Positions 1 to 8,944 are shown, counted from the first letter of the stretch. The stretch: DNA of 64,000 nucleotides from an uncultured delta proteobacterium (GCA_963712115.1 CAVQGX010000042.1:1-64000); one strand, 5' to 3'. Notes: generated by a model from the letters alone, not told the origin. Numbers and translations are program-made.

Positions 1-210
1 TCAATCGACCTATTCTGATTAGCAAGAGCGGACATGAAATGGTTAGGGGTATTTGGGGCGATGAATTGCCTTTCATTGCGAGGAAAGACCCGAAGACGGA
101 AATCGAGGAGCTTGCGAAATTGCAGGTGACTAAGTTCGCAGCTGTTTGGGTAGTTTCGACGGGCACAAGCATAAACAATAGAGGTGTAGCGACGGCCTGC
201 CTTTTTGGTT

Positions 211-272
211 GGAAACTGGAGATAGCATAATCCACACTTTTGCTATTTAGAACCAGCCACAATATCTGGGGT
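211..272. repeat. Type-A repeated site A1 (core with shortened spacer plus 16-bp box at 257-272)
   Basis: GGAAACTGGAGATAGCATAATCCACACTTTTGC...CCACAATATCTGGGGT. Close match to 10677-10742, with similarity continuing to about 300/10770. Confidence 0.8.
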
Positions 273-730
273 TGTTGAAACTATTCATTTTTCAAAGAAC
301 ACTGCGGAGCTTCAGTTCTGCCTCCACTCTTATAGGATAAATCTAGTGACAAGCCTCAAAGATGAGATAAAGAAAGCATTAGCTGAAACGAGAAAGCGCA
401 TTGCAAAGATTAAGGAGCAGGAAGGGAAATCCCAGGAAGAGCAGCGCAGGGCAGAAGCTTTAATGTTTGAGCCTGAAAAAAAGCGATAGATGCTTTAGCT
501 GGCGAGTTTTCTGATAATCCTACAATACGATTTGAGTTTAACGATTACGTATCAAACTTTTACGAGATAAACATTGAGTCTGAGGACTGGCACTATGAAA
601 TCAGAGTCAGATGTCAAGCTGATTCCTATGATGAAGGTTATAGGTTTCTATACTGGCTTTCCGTAGAAGATGTCTATTATGACCAGGAACTATTAGCTAA
701 AATCTATTACGAGGGCTGACCTGCCCCCAA

Positions 731-1633
731 TTAATGTACCACCTTTAGAGTTAGAGTGTTATCCGTTTTAATCTGCAACCAAGTTGAATCTAGGAGTCGC
801 GGTTTTATTGCTTCAGGTGCCGGTGGTTTGTACTGCAAAGCACTGTGTGGCCTTAAGGTGTTGTATTCTTGCCGCCACTTTTCTATCAGCACCTGGGCTT
901 CTTTTAGGGTGTAGAAGACCTCCCCATTGAGTAACTCATCTCTAAGTTTACCGTTAAAGCTTTCATTATAGCCATTCTCCCACGGACTACCAGGCTCAAT
1001 GAAAAGAGTCTTTACACCTATTCGAGCAAGCCAATCGCGTACCGCTTTGGCCGTGAACTCAGGACCGTTATCTGAGCGTATGTGCTCCGGTACTCCATGC
1101 TCTATAAAAAGATCCGTCAGGCAATGGAGTACATCATCGGCTCTTATGTTTCGGTCAGCCAAAATAGCCAAACACTCACGGCTGAACTCATCGATCACAG
1201 TCAGTATCTTAATGGAGCGCCCATCATGGGTACGATCCATAAGAAAATCATATGACCAGACGTGGTTTCTGTGTGTAGGCCGAAGCCTCATGCAGGACCC
1301 ATCATGAAGCCACAACCTGCCCCGTTTAGGTTGTTTTTGTGGAACCTTAAGCCCCTCCTGCCGCCAGATGCGTTGTACCCGCTTGTGATTGACCCTCCAG
1401 CCCTCCCGTCTCAACAGGGCCGTGATCCGACGATAACCGTAGCGACCATATCGACTGGCCAGCCTGATAATGTCGGCTGTTAGAGCCTCCTCGTCACCTT
1501 TGACAACCGGATTGTGTCTCTGGGTTGACCGCGGCTGCCCGATAACCCGGCATGCTCGCCTTTCCGATATGCCAAGTTTTCCCTGAACATATGCAACGCA
1601 TCGCCGGCGCCGGGCGGGGCTTAGTAGTTTCCC
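731..1633 (-). CDS. IS3 transposase OrfB (rve integrase core), expressed by -1 frameshift
   Basis: WSYDF...DEFSRE...SDNGPEF...[13 protein letters not shown] motifs. Slippery GGGAAAC at 1633-1627 followed by a GC-rich stretch, with an open -1 frame KLLSPARRR. Confidence 0.92.
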   Translation of the reverse strand, partial: GKLLSPARRRRCVAYVQGKLGISERRACRVIGQPRSTQRHNPVVKGDEEALTADIIRLASRYGRYGYRRITALLRREGWRVNHKRVQRIWRQEGLKVPQKQPKRGRLWLHDGSCMRLRPTHRNHVWSYDFLMDRTHDGRSIKILTVIDEFSRECLAILADRNIRADDVLHCLTDLFIEHGVPEHIRSDNGPEFTAKAVRDWLARIGVKTLFIEPGSPWENGYNESFNGKLRDELLNGEVFYTLKEAQVLIEKWRQEYNTLRPHSALQYKPPAPEAIKPRLLDSTWLQIKTDNTLTLKVVH

Positions 1634-1899
1634 TCAAGCGCCTCCTTGAGAATCAACTTGTCTAAGGTTAACTCGGCAACAGCTTTCTTCAAACGTGAAT
1701 TTTCTTTCTCAAGTTCCTTAAACCGTTTGACTTGCGATACTTTCAAGCCACCGTATTCTCTGCGCCAGCGATAGTAAGTCTGCTCAGATATCCCAAGACC
1801 TCTGCAGATATCTCTGATCTTCATCCCTTGAGAAAGACCAACCTCAGCCTCTCGCAGCATTCTGATGATCTGCTCAGTTTTAAATCGTTTCCGGCTCAT
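1621..1899 (-). CDS. IS3 transposase OrfA (HTH)
   Basis: [20 protein letters not shown]...[14 protein letters not shown]...[10 protein letters not shown]. Confidence 0.93.
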   Translation of the reverse strand: MSRKRFKTEQIIRMLREAEVGLSQGMKIRDICRGLGISEQTYYRWRREYGGLKVSQVKRFKELEKENSRLKKAVAELTLDKLILKEALEGNY

Positions 1900-2061
1900 T
1901 CTGACCTCCTTATGCATTTCTCCAGGCTGCACTATGATTCTCTCACAAAACCTGGACCGGTGTAAGGGGGTCAGGTCAGGGCGATGAAGATACCCTTCTA
2001 CAGAAGTTAATGACTATTCTTGCCACATATGAAGCAGATGTGTATCTCACATCAATTCCTT

Positions 2062-2199
2062 ATGACGACTAACGAAATCAAACGAATCAAAGTCCACCCT
2101 GACAAATGCCCCAAGTGCAAGCTCACCGTAATGGTAAAGCCAACTGAGAAAGTTTGCCCTGTCTGTGGGAGTTCGTTGCCAAGACCAGTGAAGCGTTGA
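2062..2199 (+). CDS. 45-aa zinc-ribbon-like microprotein
   Basis: MTTNEIKRIKVHPDKCPKCKLTVMVKPTEKVCPVCGSSLPRPVKR has two CPxC pairs and overlaps the stop of the upstream gene. Below the ORF-track cutoff. Confidence 0.55.
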   Translation: MTTNEIKRIKVHPDKCPKCKLTVMVKPTEKVCPVCGSSLPRPVKR

Positions 2200-2203
2200 A
2201 AGG

Positions 2204-2269
2204 CAACTATATCTTGTGCCAGATTAAATTTTAGCAAAGTGTGAATTAAGGGATGTAATATAAACTTTC
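2204..2269. repeat. Type-B repeated site B1 (box 2204-2219 plus core)
   Basis: CAACTATATCTTGTGC...AGCAAAGTGTGAATTA-AGGGATG-TAATATAAACTTTC. Confidence 0.88.
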
Positions 2270-2328
2270 AGGGTGATATGGGTAGGCGTTTATATAATTC
2301 ATCAAATGTTGAACGAGTATAGTAGCCA

Positions 2329-2562
2329 TCACTGGTCAATAATCTCCAGAACCACATTCTTCCTGAACTTGCCAGAGGCACCGTTCAAGATGGTCCGCAT
2401 GGCCTGGACATTGCGCCCTTTCTTGCCGATTATCTTGCCCATGTCCTCTTTCGCTACTTTCAATTCAATCACTAAAGTGTGTCCTCCAGCGATCTCGGTT
2501 ACTTCCACGTGTTGAGGATTGTCCACCATCGCCTTCGCCATGAATTCAACCAACTCTCTCAT
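2329..2562 (-). CDS. khpA: KH-domain RNA-binding protein (KhpA/UPF0109 family)
   Basis: MRELVEFMAKAMVDNP...DMGKIIGKKGRNVQAMRTIL, with the GxxG KH loop. Confidence 0.88.
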   Translation of the reverse strand: MRELVEFMAKAMVDNPQHVEVTEIAGGHTLVIELKVAKEDMGKIIGKKGRNVQAMRTILNGASGKFRKNVVLEIIDQ

Positions 2563-2622
2563 CGCCGTAACCTCTGTGCTGATCGTGCTTAAACGGAACT
2601 TCAGAGCTAACAAAACTAGTTT

Positions 2623-2808
2623 CTACTTGTACTTGTATACATTCAAGCCCATTTTAATGTGGCTAAATTCCTCGCCAGGCACGTTCACATTGCCAAGGGT
2701 GCTGGCAACTACAATGGTCTTACCTGATTTGCTAGGACCGTGATCTTGTGTTAGGTCCACGGTGATGATGAGGTTGTTGCCCTTGACTTCCATCTGTACG
2801 TTTTTCAT
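2623..2808 (-). CDS. Small conserved hypothetical protein
   Basis: MKNVQMEVKGNNLIITVDL...GPSKSGKTIVVASTLGN, with a strong GAGGGGGGAG RBS. Confidence 0.75.
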   Translation of the reverse strand: MKNVQMEVKGNNLIITVDLTQDHGPSKSGKTIVVASTLGNVNVPGEEFSHIKMGLNVYKYK

Positions 2809-2970
2809 ACTCTAGCTCCCCCCTCTTTGTTCATAGCCGCTCGTCTCAATGGTATTATTGCCAATATTTCATACTACCATAACCTTTTGAGAATCCTTAA
2901 TTCTTAATCAGCAACTTTGGCGATGCTCCCCTCCTTGACCCCTCTTTTCCCATTATGGTAGAAAGCATAA

Positions 2971-3075
2971 TGGGCGAGGTCCTCGATGATACTCTTCATC
3001 TGCCTCGCCCTAGTGCCCCTTTAAGGGTGGCCCCCATTGGCCTTAACTAAACTGGTCAGTGGGGGCTTTTTTTTC
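2971..3075 (+). ncRNA. Putative small RNA (5' hairpin plus family terminator)
   Basis: TTGACC -35-like element upstream. Stem GGGCGAGG/CCTCGCCC, then GCCCCCATTGGCC...GGTCAGTGGGGGC followed by a T-run. No ORF. Confidence 0.45.
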
Positions 3076-3109
3076 CACTCTTCCCCTGCTTCCCAGCACT
3101 GGAGATAAA

Positions 3110-3126
3110 TAGGCACGAACCTTGCT
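3110..3126 (+). promoter_or_regulatory. sigma54 -24/-12 promoter
   Basis: TAGGCACGAACCTTGCT (GG-N10-GC) upstream of the bactofilin gene. Confidence 0.7.
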
Positions 3127-3178
3127 TATCCTGTATGGCTGAAATCCTGAATGCTCCCTAAACAAAAGAGGATTAACC

Positions 3179-3616
3179 ATGTGGAAAAAGAAAAATGAAA
3201 AGCCGGAAGAGCAGGATTATAAACAGAAACTCTTCAGTAATCCAATGAAGCCTGTGGAGACAACTCTCATCTCAGCCAGTGTTAGCCTAGAGGGAAGTAT
3301 TGAAACAGAAGGAACTCTTATTGTGGAGGGGTCTGTGAGGGGTACCATAAAGTGTGGATCCTTGGAGATTCTGGAAAATGGCAGGGTCGAAGCGAACATT
3401 GAAGGTGAAAACGTAACTGTAGCAGGAAATTTTAAAGGCGAAATGATTTGCAGCCGCAAGTTAAGCATCCTCAGAACAGGAAAAGTGCTAGGGGAGATAA
3501 CATATAGTGCGCTTTCCATAGAATCTGGGGGATTATTGGATGGTACTCTTTCAAGAGCCAAAGCAGGAGACACCGCAATACTCCCTTTTTACAAAGAAGA
3601 CGATCAGTTTCTATAG
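3179..3616 (+). CDS. Bactofilin (polymer-forming cytoskeletal protein)
   Basis: TTLISASVSLEGSIETEGTLIVEGSVRGTI...LSIESGGLLDG, beta-helix repeats. Confidence 0.9.
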   Translation: MWKKKNEKPEEQDYKQKLFSNPMKPVETTLISASVSLEGSIETEGTLIVEGSVRGTIKCGSLEILENGRVEANIEGENVTVAGNFKGEMICSRKLSILRTGKVLGEITYSALSIESGGLLDGTLSRAKAGDTAILPFYKEDDQFL

Positions 3617-3639
3617 TATTCATACCGCTTTCATAGGTT

Positions 3640-3679
3640 GCCCCCATAAGCCATCACTGGTCAGTGGGGGCTTTTTTTT
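3640..3679 (+). terminator. Intrinsic terminator of the repeated family
   Basis: GCCCCCATAAGCC-ATCACT-GGTCAGTGGGGGC-TTTTTTTT. Confidence 0.7.
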
Positions 3680-3784
3680 GTTGTCACTTCGGCCCCCATT
3701 CCTGTAACTTGCCTGTTTGGAGGCCCTACCCCACCGATTGGAAGACAGTAAACTCTAGCTAGAGAAAATAGACAACGTAAATGC

Positions 3785-4510
3785 ATGCAGAAGCTATCGC
3801 ATCTAATCAATGGTGCTGTGCGCTGGTTGCGTACCATATCATTGCCAAAATCTCTGAATTTGCCAGTGGATGAAATCGCCAAGATACTTTGCTACGGAAA
3901 TTCAAACACCTGGGGATATGTTCCAGGGACTGGAAAACGATACTCTTTTGGCTCTCGCTGGCCTGGAATTTTACAAAATAGACTAGGAAAAAATGTGCGT
4001 GTGATTGAAGAAGGATTGAACGGAAGAACCACTGCTTGGGATGACCCGCTAGCAGAGGGTAGAGATGGAAAGAAAAGTCTCAAAGTCATTTTGGAGTCTC
4101 ACTCACCCATTGACTTACTTGTCATCATGCTTGGTACTAACGACCTGAAACACCGCTTTGGATTATTAGCTTCCGATATTGCACAAGGGGTAGGCGAACT
4201 CGTTCAAATGGCAAAAGAGAGCGATGCTGGACCTAATGGAGCCAACCCGCAGGTACTTTTGGTTGTACCACCTCGGATTCTTTTCTTGCCTGGTCAGACT
4301 GCGTTGGATTTTGAAGGTGCGCTCGAGAAATCAGGAAAGCTATCAGCTTACTATAAATCAGTAGCGAAGCATTTAAGTTGTGCATGTTTTGATGCGTCAG
4401 GGCTCGTAGCTGGCAGCTCGATTGATGGAGTACATTTGGACAAGAAGGCGCATCGAAAGTTGAGCAAAGCACTTACAGAGGTCATTGAAAACCTCATCTC
4501 TACACCTTAA
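3785..4510 (+). CDS. SGNH/GDSL hydrolase (arylesterase-like); true start probably near 3866
   Basis: ILCYGNSNTWGY, EEGLNGRTT, IMLGTNDLK and DGVHLD blocks. Confidence 0.88.
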   Translation: MQKLSHLINGAVRWLRTISLPKSLNLPVDEIAKILCYGNSNTWGYVPGTGKRYSFGSRWPGILQNRLGKNVRVIEEGLNGRTTAWDDPLAEGRDGKKSLKVILESHSPIDLLVIMLGTNDLKHRFGLLASDIAQGVGELVQMAKESDAGPNGANPQVLLVVPPRILFLPGQTALDFEGALEKSGKLSAYYKSVAKHLSCACFDASGLVAGSSIDGVHLDKKAHRKLSKALTEVIENLISTP

Positions 4511-4514
4511 AGGA

Positions 4515-4582
4515 AAACCATATTTAGTGTTAGATTGAAACCCAGGTGAGTGTGAATTAAGGGATGTAATCTAAAATTTCGC
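4515..4582. repeat. Type-B repeated site B2
   Basis: AAACCATATTTAGTGT...GAGTGTGAATTA-AGGGATG-TAATCTAAAATTTCGC, starting 4 bp after the SGNH stop. Confidence 0.88.
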
Positions 4583-4885
4583 AGTGGGCGAATTGAGGTT
4601 ACACCTTTCTAAATGCTTTAAAAGTACATGAATCATACACTCAAGTTATTTCACATCCCCCAAGACCCACCAGAGATCAAACTCAATTCTCACCCGTAAG
4701 GCTATCTCTCTTCTTCTTTCATTCTTCCATCTTTTACAGAATCGAGACATCAGTCAAAAATTGATCATTTGGCCAAATAGAACTTGGCCTTTTGGCAAAA
4801 TTTGGTGATTTACCAAGTTAGTCCTGCTTCCCTCCGGCAGTCATAAGTATTTGTTTTCAAATGAATTTACGGTTTACATGCTGCT

Positions 4886-4902
4886 TTGGCACTATCCCTG
4901 CC
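4886..4902 (+). promoter_or_regulatory. sigma54 promoter
   Basis: TTGGCACTATCCCTGCC. Confidence 0.6.
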
Positions 4903-4974
4903 TATAAAAGGCACCGCAAGAAGGTACACCAAAATTTCTTAGCTTAAAGAGAAATGGTCAAGGGGGAGATGAAT

Positions 4975-5136
4975 ATGAAAGCAATGCTACAGCACTTTTT
5001 GCACCCCTTGAATCTATGGTGTCGAGTAGGTGGAAATGGCAGGTGGTGCTTCAAATTATACGAAAAGTGGCTGTGGCAACCCTTATTGAGAGAATTGCTT
5101 TCTGATGGCCCAATCCAAAAGGAAGAGGGAGTGTAA
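4975..5136 (+). CDS. Small hypothetical protein
   Basis: GGGGAG RBS; MKAMLQHFLHPLNLWCRV...; first gene of an apparent operon. Confidence 0.6.
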   Translation: MKAMLQHFLHPLNLWCRVGGNGRWCFKLYEKWLWQPLLRELLSDGPIQKEEGV

Positions 5137-5141
5137 GCAAT

Positions 5142-5537
5142 ATGAATATTTCCTGCGCATACTGCAATAAACCTCTCACTCAAGGTCGGGAAGTTGTAAC
5201 AGTCTGTAGCGGTGGACGGTTGTATTTGTTCTGCACCATTGGGTGCAGAGACCTTTATGGATTCAGGAAACTCACCAATCGTATTTGCGCCAGGGAAGGC
5301 TGCAACAACAGGGTGCCAGAGGGAAACAGAATGCTATGTTCTAGTTGCCATCAGAGAGGAAACCACTTAGCGGAGTCTGAACTCTCCTTTGGTGAGGCAG
5401 AGAGAGCACACTGGGAAAGAATGGAGCGGGAACTTCATGGGCGAATTGAGGAGAGGATTAGAATCTATAGTTCCCAAGATATGTCCCAGGAAGAACTACG
5501 CTCTTTAGTGCCAAGTCTGCAAGAGGAAGCGGCATAG
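5142..5537 (+). CDS. Cys-rich putative metal-binding protein (TRASH/zinc-finger-like)
   Basis: CAYC...FCTIGC...CAREGC...CSSC, with a GGGAG RBS. Confidence 0.65.
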   Translation: MNISCAYCNKPLTQGREVVTVCSGGRLYLFCTIGCRDLYGFRKLTNRICAREGCNNRVPEGNRMLCSSCHQRGNHLAESELSFGEAERAHWERMERELHGRIEERIRIYSSQDMSQEELRSLVPSLQEEAA

Positions 5538-5553
5538 GTTTTGGGGAGGCAGT

Positions 5554-5709
5554 ATGGGTTTGATGTCCTATTTCTTTCTTTCATTTGTTCTCATCTTTTT
5601 CTTGTTGCTTGTCACAGTGTTTATACGTCTACTTTTGACGGATAACGAAGCGGTGGAAATAGATTTGCTAGAAGTTGAGGCAGAGTCAGACGAGACAGCA
5701 ACTCCTTAG
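5554..5709 (+). CDS. 51-aa single-TM protein
   Basis: GGGGAGG RBS; MGLMSYFFLSFVLIFFLLLVTVFIRLLL followed by an acidic tail. Below the ORF-track cutoff. Confidence 0.55.
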   Translation: MGLMSYFFLSFVLIFFLLLVTVFIRLLLTDNEAVEIDLLEVEAESDETATP

Positions 5710-5737
5710 TCGTGGATGAAATCCTTTCGAGGTCTCA

Positions 5738-6169
5738 ATGTTTCCGGAGTTATACTTGTCCGTTGGGTATATTTTTCTGGTAAGTCTGCTTCTACTAAGG
5801 GATGAATATCTAACCTGGAAGATTAACAAGAAGCGCCTTGACGTCCGAGCCAAACTCTCTTGGCCAGTCACGGTCGAAACTATCGCAGGACCCATTTACG
5901 GTCACACAGAAAACATTAGCGCCACTGGTGCGTTATTGGTCTGCCTACAGCCATTATGCAAGGGTGAAATAGTAAAAGTAGTCTTAAATGCTCCCAGTCG
6001 GCCCTTGGAGGTAGATGCTGAGGTGATTTGGATCGGCAGGTATCTGCCCCCTGAAAAGTACTATCCTCACAATGCAATAGGTGTCCAGTTCAAAAGAATT
6101 TCGGATGAGTCCAGAAGTTTTCTGGCTCTAATAGTGCATAATTGCTTGAACGCTGATAAGCGTTCGTAG
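5738..6169 (+). CDS. PilZ-domain protein with N-terminal TM segment
   Basis: KRLDVRAKLSWP (RxxxR) and TENISATGA (N/DxSxxG). Confidence 0.85.
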   Translation: MFPELYLSVGYIFLVSLLLLRDEYLTWKINKKRLDVRAKLSWPVTVETIAGPIYGHTENISATGALLVCLQPLCKGEIVKVVLNAPSRPLEVDAEVIWIGRYLPPEKYYPHNAIGVQFKRISDESRSFLALIVHNCLNADKRS

Positions 6170-6214
6170 GCTTATATACTGGAGAGATAGCGGCGCTTTG
6201 GTTCTGTTTTTCTG

Positions 6215-6231
6215 TTGGCATCGGGTTTGCA
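6215..6231 (+). promoter_or_regulatory. sigma54 promoter
   Basis: TTGGCATCGGGTTTGCA. Confidence 0.7.
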
Positions 6232-6317
6232 TTCAAAAACAGTGAGATGAGCGTGAGGCTCAAGTGGTTTTTTTGTCTCCTAGATCGCTATCTGTGTATC
6301 AGGGGTAAAGGTCCAAT

Positions 6318-7100
6318 ATGGCTGTTTATAAAGAAAAACGCCAATTCGCAAGGGTAGAGGTGAAATGGGCTGCCACCATTATTACCTCTAACGGTCAGCT
6401 TGTTGGTGAGACTATAGATATAAGTCAGGTTGGTTTGTCTATTTACTGCAAAGAACCACTACCTATAGGGCAGGAGTTTCGCTTGGAAATCCAGCCGCCT
6501 AACTTCCAGCCAATCACTGCTACTGCAATAGCAATCTGGTCAATGGATACAACCTTTTTGGAGGGTTTTCGAGGTTTTGTGACAGGTGCTGAATTTGAAT
6601 ACATCACTGAAGATGATATTAGGCTTCTTGGGGAGGCAATCAGAAACCAGCCAGAGGAGAAAGACTATCAGCAGAACTTAGAAGGTCGCAAGAGCCTTGA
6701 AAAAGATAGAATGGATAAACAGTCAAAGATTGCAGCTAAGAAAAAGCAAGTAAGTGGTCGGATATATCCGAGATTCAAAGTGATCAACTGGCCTACTATA
6801 ATTCTAACCAAAGATAAGATGATAGATGGAATAGCAAGAAATCTCAGTGCCAGCGGAGCATACATTTATTACGAAATGCCACAGAACAAAGCCGCACCTC
6901 TTCCTTTGAATGCACAAGTATCCCTTGTCATTAAAGTGCCCGACCGCTTTCCCCTCTTAGTTCGCTCTGAGGTTGTATGGTCCAGAATCATCAAGACTAA
7001 TGACGGCATTACATTGCTCGGAGCGGGTTTTAGCTTCACAGATATCTTTTTTAGTGATCGCCAATTTCTCCGTGAGATGGTCGCAAAGTATGCCTGGTAA
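6318..7100 (+). CDS. Tandem PilZ-domain protein
   Basis: KRQFAR...DISQVG and GRIYPR...NLSASG. Confidence 0.85.
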   Translation: MAVYKEKRQFARVEVKWAATIITSNGQLVGETIDISQVGLSIYCKEPLPIGQEFRLEIQPPNFQPITATAIAIWSMDTTFLEGFRGFVTGAEFEYITEDDIRLLGEAIRNQPEEKDYQQNLEGRKSLEKDRMDKQSKIAAKKKQVSGRIYPRFKVINWPTIILTKDKMIDGIARNLSASGAYIYYEMPQNKAAPLPLNAQVSLVIKVPDRFPLLVRSEVVWSRIIKTNDGITLLGAGFSFTDIFFSDRQFLREMVAKYAW

Positions 7101-7194
7101 GAGGTTCAATCGCATGGAAGAGAGTTAAAAATCATACCTGCATAATCCCAGAGCTTAGTGTAAGCGTGATCATCGGAAGTCCAGATCGCCACAC

Positions 7195-7310
7195 CCAGAA
7201 TGTGAATTACATACTCCCCACTTTTGCCCCTTCTGATCCGCCCCCACTTGTAGTAGTATCCTTCCAGAAGCTAAAAGTGTGAATTAAGGGATGTAATCTC
7301 AAGTCCGCTC
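7195..7310. repeat. Empty A3-box-B3 unit
   Basis: AATGTGAATTA-CATACT-CCCCACTTTTGC (A, with TTAAT deleted), box CCCCCACTTGTAGTAG at 7241-7256, then GCTAAAAGTGTGAATTA-AGGGATG-TAATCTCAAGTCCGC (B). Confidence 0.8.
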
Positions 7311-7346
7311 TCCTTCCATCTATGCTGTCCACCTACATATTTTATA

Positions 7347-7363
7347 GGGGCACAATCATTGCA
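7347..7363 (+). promoter_or_regulatory. sigma54 promoter
   Basis: GGGGCACAATCATTGCA. Confidence 0.55.
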
Positions 7364-7406
7364 TTCATCTGATAGTTTATTTGCACAAACTAAGCGATAG
7401 CCTATT

Positions 7407-7775
7407 ATGTTTAAGTTAGAACTGACGCTGCAAAACCTTGTGCTAAAAGAATACGCTCTCTCTGATGGGGCCAAACTGAGCATTGGCCGCCATTCTGAAA
7501 ACGACATTGTGCTCAAAGATATGAGTGTATCCCGCCATCATGCCACCGTTGAAGTAAGGGGACAGCAGTTGCTTGTCTTCGACGCAGGGAGCAAGAACGG
7601 GATAGCTGTGAACGGCACAAAAGTAAAATCTGCCGAACTGTACCATGGTGATGTTGTCAAGATTGGCAAGAATTGCAGCATCAAAGTGTCGGTCCCTCCT
7701 TCTAAGAAAAAGGAAGCAACCATAACCGGAGAACATGACCAAGAGAGTGGTACGTTGAAGGCATCTGACCCTTAA
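7407..7775 (+). CDS. FHA-domain protein
   Basis: IGRHSENDIVL...VSRHHA...DAGSKNGIAVNG...LYHGDVVKIG. Confidence 0.92.
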   Translation: MFKLELTLQNLVLKEYALSDGAKLSIGRHSENDIVLKDMSVSRHHATVEVRGQQLLVFDAGSKNGIAVNGTKVKSAELYHGDVVKIGKNCSIKVSVPPSKKKEATITGEHDQESGTLKASDP

Positions 7776-7940
7776 CCTACTGAATCACGTGGCCTGTAAC
7801 AGGCATAGAATCACCTGACCTTTTAACCAACTGAACTTTGGTTTCTTAGCCAAATTTGGCGATTTAATAACATTCCTCTATAGCAGTTCAACGAAGTTAA
7901 GTACCTATATTTAATATATTTATCTGCCTTTCTTCTTCAT

Positions 7941-8060
7941 TTGGCATCTTTTCTGCCTAAACTTATAAGCAGAAACCGTGGCTTCCTTGTCTTGAATACC
8001 ACGTTATGGCCCTAGCCCCCATCAGCCATCTGCGCCCTGTTTGATGGGGGCTTTCTTTTC
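7941..8060 (+). ncRNA. sigma54 promoter followed by a putative small RNA
   Basis: TTGGCATCTTTTCTGC; hairpin CGTGG-CTTCCTTGTCTTGAATA-CCACG; terminator GCCCCCATCAG...TTGATGGGGGC followed by T-rich sequence. Confidence 0.45.
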
Positions 8061-8144
8061 CACCGCTCCAATGCTGCCCACCTTTCAAGAAAGTCGGGCA
8101 TAGACTTTGCATTCTAAATGCAGTAAAAAAACTAGTGAGTCACT

Positions 8145-8249
8145 ATGGTCATTGCAGGATATGTAATCTCTTTCGTTACAGGCGTGGCAGTCGGCTTTGT
8201 CTTCGCAGTTGTCATACTTTTCCGTGACAAGCTCAACCGATCCCCCTGA
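8145..8249 (+). CDS. 34-aa hydrophobic peptide
   Basis: MVIAGYVISFVTGVAVGFVFAVVILFRDKLNRSP, with a sigma54-like GGCATAGACTTTGC near 8097-8110. Confidence 0.45.
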   Translation: MVIAGYVISFVTGVAVGFVFAVVILFRDKLNRSP

Positions 8250-8306
8250 AAAGAGACCAAAGTGCAGCGTAGTATTTTCCACCTTTTTTCACAACTGAGG
8301 TACATT

Positions 8307-8486
8307 ATGTCGGAGAGCAGAAGACCTACGGATTGCAAGAGCTACCCATTCTGTGAACATTTGAAGTCGGTACTCGAGAATGTGCCCGGCGACCTTGTAA
8401 TCACCAGGACCATAGTATTGCAAAGAGAAGCTGAGGCAGTCTGCGCCCAATGCCCCGACTTTGAACCCAAGCCGTATCTAGAGTAA
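8307..8486 (+). CDS. Small Cys-containing hypothetical protein
   Basis: GAGG RBS; C-x5-C...CAQC. Confidence 0.55.
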   Translation: MSESRRPTDCKSYPFCEHLKSVLENVPGDLVITRTIVLQREAEAVCAQCPDFEPKPYLE

Positions 8487-8545
8487 TCTACGCTACTCTT
8501 TACTTTTTGTTCCTGTCCCTTACCAGTTTGAGATGAGCGAGAGCA

Positions 8546-8749
8546 ATGATAGAGGTTCTGATTAGAGCATGTCCGCTTTTCGCTGGGGGTAAATGTCCAC
8601 AGCAGCAACAAATAGAAAAACTCTATCTATTTCCCCAGCTATCCACCATTGAGGAAATTGAAAAAATCTGCAGAAGCCAATGCTGCACCAAGGAGGCCCT
8701 TTGCTCCGATCACGCTGAAAAGGTTCTTGCACATCTTCGACAGTCCTGA
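8546..8749 (+). CDS. Small Cys-rich hypothetical protein
   Basis: ACPLFAGGKCPQ...ICRSQCC...C. Confidence 0.5.
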   Translation: MIEVLIRACPLFAGGKCPQQQQIEKLYLFPQLSTIEEIEKICRSQCCTKEALCSDHAEKVLAHLRQS

Positions 8750-8814
8750 CATTTATCACCGTACAGGGTTAACAACGGGGTTGCAGCATATGTTTTCCTT
8801 GTGCTAATCTGTGA

Positions 8815-8902
8815 AGCGAGTAGGGTCTCTCACCTTGACCCTACCCTAATCGGCTCTGTCCTCACTGGCCTTCGTTGCCTCGGTCAGTGGGGGCTTTTTT
8901 CC
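8815..8902 (+). ncRNA. Putative small RNA (hairpin plus family terminator)
   Basis: GTAGGGTC-TCTCACCTT-GACCCTAC, then CTCACTGGCC...GGTCAGTGGGGGC followed by a T-run. Confidence 0.45.
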
Positions 8903-8944
8903 TTCTCTGCCGCTGCTTCTACTCTCAAATTAGACCTAAAACTC

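Larger units (their letters stand above)
717..1978 (-). mobile_element. IS3-family (IS407 group) insertion sequence, 1262 bp
   Basis: Terminal IRs TGACCTGCCCCCAATT / TGACCTGACCCCCTTA, 4-bp target duplication GGGC (713-716 and 1979-1982), orfA plus orfB organisation. Confidence 0.95.
346..2072 (+). pseudogene. Hypothetical cargo gene, frameshifted and split by IS3
   Basis: GTG at 346 gives MTSLKDEIKKALAETRKR...EP. The frame changes at the A7 run near 476-482 to KAIDALAGEF...KIYYEG. The reading frame resumes after the IS (DEDTLLQKL...PYDD) to TAA at 2070-2072. Confidence 0.65.

Noticed and set aside
1-230. ORF at the window start
   Set aside because: May be the tail of an upstream gene, but it has no recognisable motif and runs into site A1.
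2239-2266. Repeated site as a canonical XerCD dif/pdif site (TAATATAAACT resembles TTATGTAAACT)
   Set aside because: The symmetry is ATTA-7bp-TAAT, not ATAA-6bp-TTAT, and the other arm is not XerC-like. Xer involvement is not excluded but is unsupported.
7941-8249. Type I toxin-antitoxin pair (sRNA plus 34-aa hydrophobic peptide)
   Set aside because: Both are on the same strand, and no extended complementarity to the peptide mRNA was seen.
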